A stretch of 64,000 bases of DNA. Source: a virus (lineage: Duplodnaviria; Caudoviricetes). A program made the translations under genes and the position numbers. The stretch covers positions 32,001-96,000 of IMG/VR virus record IMGVR_UViG_3300031867_000018; one strand, given 5' to 3'. The number at the start of each line of letters is the position of its first letter. The first letter of the stretch is position 1. The notes beneath the pieces were generated by a model. That model did no database searches, was not told the DNA's origin, and saw only the letters and a program-made list of their open reading frames with translations. Shown here in pieces: positions 41,738 to 50,116 of this stretch.

Positions 41738-42670
41738 TTATTTCATTGCTTCAATTTTTGACAACAGCTCTTTCGCTTTCTCTAAATCCTTAATCTTCTT
41801 AGGGTTACCGTTAGAGGTATATTCTTTTAAAGTTGCCATAAGAGTTTCGTTATCCTGACCGCCTAATTCTCCGCAAAGAGCTATTATTTTACTGTGAATT
41901 TCAGCTAATTCGTCAATAGATTCTGTTTCTTCTTTTCTTACTACAGGAGTATAACCCTCACCTGAATTAGCCCACTGAATTATTTTTTTACCGTGACCTT
42001 CGGTGAGCAATGTTGCGCCTTCGCCCTCAAAAAGATGTGTATTATCTTTCTGCACTTCCGCACAACTCGTCTTCTGGTCGATGAGGAATGTGCAGGTAAA
42101 TTCATATTCAAAACCATCACGCTGCTTTGCGCCTACGCCAAGTTTCTGAACGCTTGCTTTACCAGTCTTATCGTCCTTAACCATTTCGTACTGGTCTTTG
42201 CCTCTCATTGTGGCAATAATATGTATCTGACTATCAGCAATAGCATTGATAAACTTATTGTGACGAGGAGTAACCTTACCCCAAGCCTGATATGTGCCGC
42301 CTGCCTGCTGCTGTAATTCAAGACAACCGCCTTTGCCTTCCCATTCATGAGATGAACTATCAAGAATAAGAATGTCATAGCCTTCCGAAACTGCAAAATT
42401 GATAAGATCAACATACTTTTCGGGGTTATGCGGAGCGTCAATATCAACTATGTCATAATTAAACTCATTGGCATAGTAATAACCTCTCTTCTGCTCGGTA
42501 TTAGCCATAAGGATTTTAGCATCCTTACCTGTTTCCTTTTTGATTTCCTCTGCCATACCCGTTGCAAGACGGAGAGAACTATAAGTCTTACCGCCACCAC
42601 TCGGTGCCATTAAAGCAATCTTTGTGTAAATTTTTTCTCTTGTAGCCTTTTTTACCTGAAATCCTGCCAT
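41738..42670 (-). CDS. Sak4-like AAA recombination ATPase
   Basis: APSGGGKTYSSL, ILDSSSHEW, QRDGFEYEF; ATG at 42670 with AAGGAGG RBS; next to ssb. Confidence 0.8.
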   Translation of the reverse strand: MAGFQVKKATREKIYTKIALMAPSGGGKTYSSLRLATGMAEEIKKETGKDAKILMANTEQKRGYYYANEFNYDIVDIDAPHNPEKYVDLINFAVSEGYDILILDSSSHEWEGKGGCLELQQQAGGTYQAWGKVTPRHNKFINAIADSQIHIIATMRGKDQYEMVKDDKTGKASVQKLGVGAKQRDGFEYEFTCTFLIDQKTSCAEVQKDNTHLFEGEGATLLTEGHGKKIIQWANSGEGYTPVVRKEETESIDELAEIHSKIIALCGELGGQDNETLMATLKEYTSNGNPKKIKDLEKAKELLSKIEAMK

Positions 42671-42699
42671 TCGTTGTCCTCCTTGAATAAAAATAGTAG

Positions 42700-42945
42700 T
42701 AAATAAAAGTTGATCTATCGGACTTATCCGTTTACTAAAAAAATAGCTGGCTGTAGATCTCAACCTCTATCCGATTGAATTTTCTCTCGGAATACTTAGT
42801 ATAATTTTTAGGGTCGTGCAGAGCTTTTCACTCACCGCAAACACCGATAATTCTAATCAGATGATGTTCCGACCGATTACTTCCGTGGAATACTTACGAA
42901 TGTGTAAGCGTAACCTGTGTGGTTTATCTTAACCTAACGACCTAT
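42700..42945 (-). ncRNA. Candidate structured RNA upstream of the recombination/replication operon
   Basis: Nested helices including GGUCGU/ACGACC, GGUUAC/GUAAUC, GCUUAC/GUAAGU, GGUCGGA/UCUGAUU; G-U pairs favour the minus strand. Confidence 0.5.
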
Positions 42946-43083
42946 TATTATATTCTCCATAATTTGTTAGCCAAACTAAAAGAGTGCTGCTAAATTATTT
43001 ATCAAAAAAATTAATCACCGTCCCATACTCCATCGGGTCTTGTTTTAGCCATTGTTAAATTTATTGGGTTGTAACAAACCCAT

Positions 43084-44349
43084 TTATACGAGATTAACCC
43101 GTAACGGGTGTAAACCTACACCCTCTATCCCGTCCGCAAACGCATTCGGGAATACTTTTTTCATTATCTGATAACTGCCGTTTACATCGGCATTTATTTC
43201 TGTTCCATTATTAGATACGAACAAACCTCTATGTACTCTCCTTGACTTATTATAGTTTGCTTCTATTGGCAATTCTTCATCAAGAAAACTTGTACCGCTG
43301 GTGTAACTTTCTTCGGTTTGTTTAAATATAATGCCTGCATTTTCACATTTATAAGCTAACCGAGATACAATACTTAAATATGGTATTTGTGTAAACTTTT
43401 GATTGTTTTGTTTACCTATATCGGAATTTTGTTTCCAGCCTATGTTATATCCGCAAACCAAAGTATCAATATTATGTTCTATGCAGAAGTCAATAACTTG
43501 TTTTGTTGCTTTGTGAATATAGTTGTCTACTTTGCGATTACGCTTTGCCGTAAAATTCTTCATACGATTAGACCAATCTTTGCCGTTGTTTTTCTTTAAT
43601 TCGGAACGCATTTGAGCGATCTGTTTATTATAATATTGGTTTATTGACTTCAAAGGTCTGCCGTTTATTACAAAAGGGTCTGTACCGCAGTTCGTTGTTA
43701 TGGTCATTAAGTTATCTACTCCTAAATCAATAGAAGCTATGCGGCTTGATGTATTGTTTGTTTCGGGTATACCTATTTCGTAAACCACTTCCATTTTATA
43801 TTCTCCGTTTTGCGGGACAAAGCGTATTTGCATGAGCTTTGCGGTGTTTGGGATTTTGGTTTTAAAAATATTATTCATCACTTTCAGCGGTTTCCACGAA
43901 AAATAAATGTAATTATCTTTGACTTTAAATTGATTATTGGCTAAAATCAAAATATAACGTCCGTTTTCCTTGTTGAGGTATTTTGGCATTTTAGGTCTTC
44001 CCGAATATTTTGAGGGATTTTTGCCGTAATCTTTAATGGAAGTGAAAAACGCTTTCCAATTTCTGTCCAAAACACGCAAAGTTTGTTGCCCACATGTTGA
44101 CCCAATGTCTTTATATGGTTCTGAATCTTTTACAATTTTACATAGTTCATAGTATTTTATCCAAACCGCATTTTCTCTTAACCCGTTTTCTTTTTCTTTC
44201 GAGGTTTTTATAAATTCTTGTCGGATAATATAGTTACCATAGTTATATATGTTTTTTGATTTCCAACTAAATTTATCAATTAAAGAAAAATATGGGTTTG
44301 ATGATTTTATGCGATGAGATTCTATTCTATTGGCTTTCAAATTTATCAC
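43084..44349 (-). CDS. tnpB: TnpB-family RuvC nuclease (no Zn finger, rearranged RuvC-II), CRISPR-adjacent
   Basis: SKNIYN..NY.IRQ, ASIDLGVDN, VCGYN.GWKQ, TEESYTS, INADVNG; likely start TTG at 44340. Confidence 0.88.
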   Translation of the reverse strand: MINLKANRIESHRIKSSNPYFSLIDKFSWKSKNIYNYGNYIIRQEFIKTSKEKENGLRENAVWIKYYELCKIVKDSEPYKDIGSTCGQQTLRVLDRNWKAFFTSIKDYGKNPSKYSGRPKMPKYLNKENGRYILILANNQFKVKDNYIYFSWKPLKVMNNIFKTKIPNTAKLMQIRFVPQNGEYKMEVVYEIGIPETNNTSSRIASIDLGVDNLMTITTNCGTDPFVINGRPLKSINQYYNKQIAQMRSELKKNNGKDWSNRMKNFTAKRNRKVDNYIHKATKQVIDFCIEHNIDTLVCGYNIGWKQNSDIGKQNNQKFTQIPYLSIVSRLAYKCENAGIIFKQTEESYTSGTSFLDEELPIEANYNKSRRVHRGLFVSNNGTEINADVNGSYQIMKKVFPNAFADGIEGVGLHPLRVNLV

Positions 44350-44411
44350 CTTTATCTTTATTCACCTTTGCAAGTTTACTGCTTTGTAATTTTATACAGT
44401 TAATTTAATGA

Positions 44412-44711
44412 GTTTTACTGCTATGCAATTTTATACAGTAGTAAACCCCGAAAATAAAATATGCTAAAATAGCCACAGGTTTATTACTATGTAATTTTAC
44501 GCAGTAGTAAAACATATATAAGGAGATCTCTTTAACTTTGTCAGGGTTACTACTATGTAATTTTACACGGCAGTAAAACACCTCGACAAATATGCCACTA
44601 TCATGTTAAGGGTTACTACTATGTAATTTTACACGGCAGTAAAACACCTCGACAAATATGCCACTATCATGTTAAGGGTTACTACTATGTAATTTTACAC
44701 GGCAGTAAAAC
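44412..44711 (-). CRISPR. CRISPR mini-array: five 36-bp repeats, four 30-bp spacers (two identical); type II-A-like
   Basis: Repeats at 44412, 44478, 44544, 44610, 44676 (66-bp period); minus-strand consensus GTTTTACTGCCGTGTAAAATTACATAGTAGTAACCC; ATTTGAG leader end; extra partial repeat at 44373-44400. Confidence 0.9.
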
Positions 44712-45088
44712 CTCAAATTTCTTCGATTTTACTACTGTTCAAATTAAAGTATTTATGAGTTTTACTTCATTGGACGAACCCCACGCCCACTATCTTGTCG
44801 ATTTCTCTTCAAGAATACTTTTATTCATATTTATTTATTCTGCATTTTGTTGTACACTTCGAGCATTCTTCGCCAATTTTCTTTTATTTGTCTTTCGTCA
44901 TCCCAATACGACATTTCATCTTTATAACAATAGTCGTGTTCCGCGTAAAGAGTGGTTGATTAGCCAACTTTCACATTTCTCGTTTTTGACAAATTCGCAC
45001 AGTGGGCAATTTTCACCGTTTCTATCTTGACAATCATCAAAACTATAACACATACGGTTATATTGTTTTACAAATTCTTGAAATTCCA

Positions 45089-45490
45089 TTAAATCACCTC
45101 TTGTATTTTTTGCGACAATTCTTTTACAACATTATCGTGCATTTCATTAGCTGCATTATCTGGTAACTTGTATCTTTCTTTTACTTCTTCCCAAGTGTCA
45201 CCAAAAATCCCCCATTCGCTATCAAAATCAACACTTTGAGAAACATCTGCATCAATATATCTGCCTTTGTTTTCTCCTACAAAAGCCATTGTTTCATACC
45301 AACGGTATGCCCCTATAGTTTTAATTTCGTACTTATTTGTTGTACGATTCCATGTCCTCATACAACCAACAGTTGACACTATCCATTTTCTGTCTTTATA
45401 TTCGAGTAGTGTATTTCTGCGGAATGCACAATTGTCAGAACATATAAAATGTCCTGCCCAACCTCTTTCAGTCACTTTTACTTCGTTCAT
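45089..45490 (-). CDS. Hypothetical phage protein
   Basis: 133-aa ORF with GGAG RBS. Confidence 0.6.
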   Translation of the reverse strand: MNEVKVTERGWAGHFICSDNCAFRRNTLLEYKDRKWIVSTVGCMRTWNRTTNKYEIKTIGAYRWYETMAFVGENKGRYIDADVSQSVDFDSEWGIFGDTWEEVKERYKLPDNAANEMHDNVVKELSQKIQEVI

Positions 45491-45603
45491 ATATTGTCTC
45501 CTATACTTTTAAAATGCGGATTCTATCAAGTTCAAATAACTTGTTCTTCATAGTTCAAATTGAAAGTATGAAAGGCGTTAGAAACACCTCTATCTCCTAT
45601 CAG

Positions 45604-46005
45604 TTAAGCATTGGAGATTACCTTTTTATTAACTGTTAATTCCAATAACAAATTATCTTTTGTGACCGAGGTTAGTGTGTTGCAATAACCATCTAACCTC
45701 GGTTCAAGTTGCTGCTTGGTTTTATTTTTTTCTGTATATCGTCCTCGCATTGCGACACAAATAGTATCACAGGAGTGTAACCGCCTCCCATTCCCATTGC
45801 GGCAGTTAGACAAGGACAGATCCCGGTTGTTATCCATTTTTGATGTTCTTGATACCCGTTTCTTATAGCTATGATTTCTTTCATTTAATCACCTTTGGTA
45901 GGTTCCCGTGAAATTCCGATACGATTGTCGGAGAATAACCTACCGTTATTTGCGGAGATTTATTTTTTTTGCCTTTATCGTTTATGCAGACATTCTGATA
46001 TTTAC
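45604..46005 (-). CDS. Three downstream C5-MTase TRD-like mini-ORFs
   Basis: YSPTIVSEFHGNLPKV, CPCLTAAMGMGGGYTP and CNTLTSVTKDNL modules in overlapping frames. Confidence 0.7.
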
Positions 46006-46516
46006 TTAGTCTGCCTGCGGCTGAGTAAAATTTTCGGCTTCAATATCTCCCGATTCTATATATTCAAAAATTCGGTCTAACCCCGATTCAAAAGCACCGA
46101 TACCCGAAAAATAGCTGCCGACTTTTAAATCGTCAAAAAGATATGGCATAGCTTTATAGAGTTCTTTAAATATGTAGTAAAGTACGTCTACCACGATAGA
46201 ATTTCCTGCTTGCTTATACAACTGCGTTGAAGATACGCCTGCCGACTGTGCGGCTTCAAAATCCTCATCATCAAACCCCATAAGCCGCCAACATTCTTTT
46301 GGTGTGAGTTTGCGGATGCGGTAGTTTTCGGCTACATTCTCCGATTCTTCAATACGGCAAAGACCGTTGCTCTCTGCGGTTATTGTCGGGCAAGTATCTC
46401 CGTTATCCTGTACTCTACCTCGTCTTGTTTTGCTGTTTGGATATGACAAATCTGCCACCCCCCCCTATTTTACATTCAATATATCCTTTTTTGGTTGCTT
46501 GTTTAATTTTTGCCAT
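46006..46516 (-). CDS. C5-cytosine methyltransferase small subunit (TRD + motifs IX, X, I); G8 tract at 46458-46465 out of frame
   Basis: IRKLTPKECWRLMGF, YKQAGNSIV, GSYFSGIGAFE; ATG at 46516 joins in frame if the tract is G7. Confidence 0.85.
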
Positions 46517-47389
46517 CTTTGTCAACTACCAACAACCCCGTCCTTTCAGCTCTTAGAGAAGGAGCGTATTCATCATAAATCCTTATCGGTCTATGATTAT
46601 ATATTGCGTCTATAATTACTATAGATTTACTTTGTTTTGTTTGCATATTGTACCACCACAAAAGGCTGTCTATTGCCGCCTTGCATTGTACCGAGAGTGG
46701 GCGATACCCCCCCTATTTCATAAACTCTGCCTTGATTTGGATTATCTCTTGTTTTAGATTTGAAGAGATTACCTATCTGTTTTACTTGATTCATATATCC
46801 ACCGTTCGATTATAAAAGGCTGCAAATTCCCACCAGCCGCCATATTTGTGAGAGTGGGCGATACCCCCCCCCGACCGAATATATACTGCGACTTTGGGAT
46901 TTTACTCCTTGTTTTGTATTGCCTAATTTTACTACTTTGCTTTCTGTCATTTTGTTACCATAACCTTTGGTGGGTCTTTATAACAGGTAGAAGATATACA
47001 TTGTACGATACCTTCTACTGAATATACCCTGCTTTTTTGATCTGAGCCGATTTCACCTAATTGTATCAATTTGTTATTTGTCATTTTTTCACCACGATTT
47101 TTGGTGGGTCTTTATACTGTGAAGACGGCAAGGTTGCCATGATTCCTTCCGTAGAATAAATCCAGCCTTGCTGCCCCCCTGTTCCTCGATGTATCAAGCG
47201 TATTACTTTATTCTCCATTTTGTTTTACCTTTACGATTATCATAGGTTTATTACCCCCCCCCCACTCATAGTTACGATGGTCGGGGAATATCCATTTATT
47301 GAATATATTGCTCCCCGACCATTGCCACCTATATTTTTGGGGTTGAAGTACGCATCGCCTAATTTTACTGCTTTGTTGTATTCTTGCAC
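46503..47389 (-). CDS. Array of six TRD-like mini-ORFs (47389-47208, 47218-47081, 47084-46947, 46950-46769, 46794-46627, 46646-46503)
   Basis: Each 45-60 codons with own start, SD-like sequence and stop; shared K(L/I)G..(R/I)(V/I)YS..G..PTL...P pattern. Confidence 0.8.
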
Positions 47390-48276
47390 TCTACCACTCC
47401 ATTCATCGGTTGATTTCCGAAACCTTTGTAGTCTCTTGCTAACAAAGTATTTGCAAACTCTGTTTGATTTTCAAATTGACTGCCTTGCTTGGAGATCAGT
47501 CCTGTGATTTGGTCTGTACCATATCCCACTGATGACGGTCTAAGCTTCCTCTCCCCCCTACGGACGGAATTGGAATATTCTTTATCCAGCTTTCCGCTGT
47601 CGAGCAGGTCTTGGATAAGCTGTTTTGCTTTGTCGGTGTTGACATAAAATTTCTCGTCAACTTCATCTTCCAACATATCTCTCAAACGGAGACCGTTGTC
47701 GAAAGGTTCGGGAAATTTGAATTTGCCGTTGTCAAGTTCTTTTTTGATAAAGATAAGATAAACACGTTCTCTGTTTTGAGGTACACCGTAATCTTTAGCG
47801 TTCAATACTTTGTAATGACAGTTATAGCCGTACTCCGTCAATTCATCTATGAACATTTGGAATGTATCTTTGAATTTTTTCCCGACAAGGTTTTTGACGT
47901 TTTCATATATGCCCCAAGACGGTTTATTGTATCTTATAATTCGCAATGCTTCAACCAAGAGAGAACTTCTTGTTTTTGATATGTTCTCACTGCTACATTT
48001 CGGACATTTATCTCTTTTATCGAAATGTACGGTAAGAGGATTCCATTCGGATTTACAGTCTTCGCAAGTCCATACTGAGCCGTTTTGACCTCCTGCTATG
48101 CTGAAATCCTGACAAGGACTGCCAAAACACATAAAGTTGAACGGTTCTAACTTTGTTTCGTCAACATCGTTAATATCGCCTAAATTTTTACTCTCGTCTA
48201 CATTGTGAACCGCACAATAGCTTTTTACGGCATATTTATCAAATTCACAAAAATTTACTAATTCGTATTTTTTCAT
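47365..48276 (-). CDS. C5-cytosine methyltransferase large subunit (motifs II-VIII, no motif I) with Zn-ribbon insert
   Basis: NFCEFDKYA, GSPCQDFS, YENVKNL, YGVPQNRERVY; CEDC/CPKC insert. Confidence 0.9.
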   Translation of the reverse strand: MKKYELVNFCEFDKYAVKSYCAVHNVDESKNLGDINDVDETKLEPFNFMCFGSPCQDFSIAGGQNGSVWTCEDCKSEWNPLTVHFDKRDKCPKCSSENISKTRSSLLVEALRIIRYNKPSWGIYENVKNLVGKKFKDTFQMFIDELTEYGYNCHYKVLNAKDYGVPQNRERVYLIFIKKELDNGKFKFPEPFDNGLRLRDMLEDEVDEKFYVNTDKAKQLIQDLLDSGKLDKEYSNSVRRGERKLRPSSVGYGTDQITGLISKQGSQFENQTEFANTLLARDYKGFGNQPMNGVVECKNTTKQ

Positions 48277-48336
48277 AACATAAGGAGTAAACCCGGATTT
48301 TCTGTGCGCACAAACCTCGCTACTCCTTTCTTAGAT

Positions 48337-49073
48337 TTAATGTATTTCTAAATATTTACTCCACTGTTCACCCATTGCCTTAGCAATACCGGGAAATGTT
48401 TTGCTTCTTGCTTTACCTCTATTTCCATCAAAATCTCTAACCATAAATTCATCAAAGGTAACAGTTTTGCCATTTTTGCATTTGTATTGAATCAAAGTTG
48501 GTTCAACTACATCAGTTGGCACAAGTAATGGCAAACCTTTTAACCACAAACATGTTGTTTTTTTGTGTGGATCGCCAAACATATATGGTTGAATAATCTG
48601 TTCAGGTTTTCTTACAAATTTAGAATATGCAGGAAAATATTTTTCAAGATACGCACCACCCGACATTATGCCGATAGGGTTTTCGACTGCAATGTGTTCG
48701 CAATTTGCATTTAAAAAATTGAGAAAGAATTTAATAGATTCTTCTTGGTTGCCGTTATTTCTCTTGTTTTCAAAATGCCTTGCACCAGATACAGCTAAAT
48801 CTGTGCAAGGTGGGTGTGCAATAATCAAATCCCATTTGCCGTCTATCCTATGTGCTTCTCCGTCCATTGTTTTAAAGACGATACCATAAAACATACTGCT
48901 GATTTGGTGCGGATTTAAAACTTCAAGGACATCGCCAAGTATATGCCATTCAGGATGCCCCCGCTGGGTTTTTGAATATCACAACTGTACGCTTCGTGTC
49001 CTAATTCACGAAAAGCTGCACACACTCGCTGGCTTTCTTCGCAAGCTACTAAAACTTTTAACGATTTTGTCAT
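48337..49073 (-). pseudogene. Phage-type cytosine methyltransferase-like protein, frameshifted in G5 tract at 48958-48962
   Basis: KVLVACEESQRV..SCDI, IAHPPCT, AVENP, KTTCLWL, RSKTFPGIAKAM; adding one G restores SGGHPEWHI. Confidence 0.8.
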
Positions 49074-49183
49074 AGATCTTAACCTCCTGAATAAATTTTT
49101 GACTAATTACGTTGTCAATTATTTATTCTCTGTTTAGATTAAGACCGATGTGTTTAGCAGAATTGATAAAATTCATTTTTTAT

Positions 49184-49429
49184 TTACCAGCGAATAATCA
49201 TATAGTCTGAGCCGAAAACGCCATCTTCCCAACCATATTCAACGGAATATCCTGCACTTCTCAGATAATTGATGACTTTACCGCTGTAGATTTCGTTGAA
49301 TCTGCAATAAGATCTTGCATGTTTAATGCTAAACATGATGTAAGATTGTATTGCCGTTAATTCTTTCTGTATATCTGTATCTTCTATAACTTTTCTTGTA
49401 GTTTTTCTTGCCTCTTTTGCTGTAATCAT
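49184..49429 (-). CDS. Hypothetical protein
   Basis: 81-aa ORF with overlapping start. Confidence 0.5.
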   Translation of the reverse strand: MITAKEARKTTRKVIEDTDIQKELTAIQSYIMFSIKHARSYCRFNEIYSGKVINYLRSAGYSVEYGWEDGVFGSDYMIIRW

Positions 49430-50115
49430 TCTTTTGACCCCTTTAAAAATCCGTCTACCAACATTTTAAATTTAGCGTAACATTCTTCGATACTGTCTGC
49501 CCGAAATGTCTTTGAGAAAACTTCGTTATAAGACAAATCGTAATCCGTATTATAACCTTGCGATAACATCCATTCAGTAAACTTGCCCAAAATATTTTGC
49601 AAATATTTCTTTTGAGCGTCTTTATCCATATAGAAAATCGTTTCTACACTGAATACATATTCTCCGCTTTCTTTATCTTTGACTATATCAAAATCGTTCA
49701 TAGTGTAGTTATTTGCAATTTCTGAACCTGTAAGATCATCTGCCGATTTTATGCCCCAAATAAATTCAAAAGGATTATCTTCGGAAACTTCGTCTTCTTC
49801 TCGCACCCAAAGAACCTCTCTTTCATTATCGTTCATGCCTGTATCAAATATTGAATATGGAGTTAAAGGTAATTCGACAATTATAATATCAAGTTCCTCT
49901 TCTTTTTCTTCTCTATTGTAAGCTATCATTAAATCATCATCGTATTCATCGAATTGACTATAAGTTGTTAAGGTTAAACTTGCTCTGTCAAAGTGTACAA
50001 AAATATCTTTTGTAAAAGATTTGCTTTTTTGACATTCAACATCTCGCAGTACAACATATTCTTCACCGTTCCTGCAAGTTACAATCATACCTGTTTTCAG
50101 ATCAGACTTTTTCAT
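49426..50115 (-). CDS. Hypothetical phage protein
   Basis: MKKSDLKTGM start after GAGGAGG RBS. Confidence 0.6.
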   Translation of the reverse strand: MKKSDLKTGMIVTCRNGEEYVVLRDVECQKSKSFTKDIFVHFDRASLTLTTYSQFDEYDDDLMIAYNREEKEEELDIIIVELPLTPYSIFDTGMNDNEREVLWVREEDEVSEDNPFEFIWGIKSADDLTGSEIANNYTMNDFDIVKDKESGEYVFSVETIFYMDKDAQKKYLQNILGKFTEWMLSQGYNTDYDLSYNEVFSKTFRADSIEECYAKFKMLVDGFLKGSKE

Positions 50116-50116
50116 A

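Noticed and set aside
42810-42945. raiA motif RNA
   Set aside because: Only short resemblances (CAGG, UCCACG.AAG); cannot be assigned without a covariance search.
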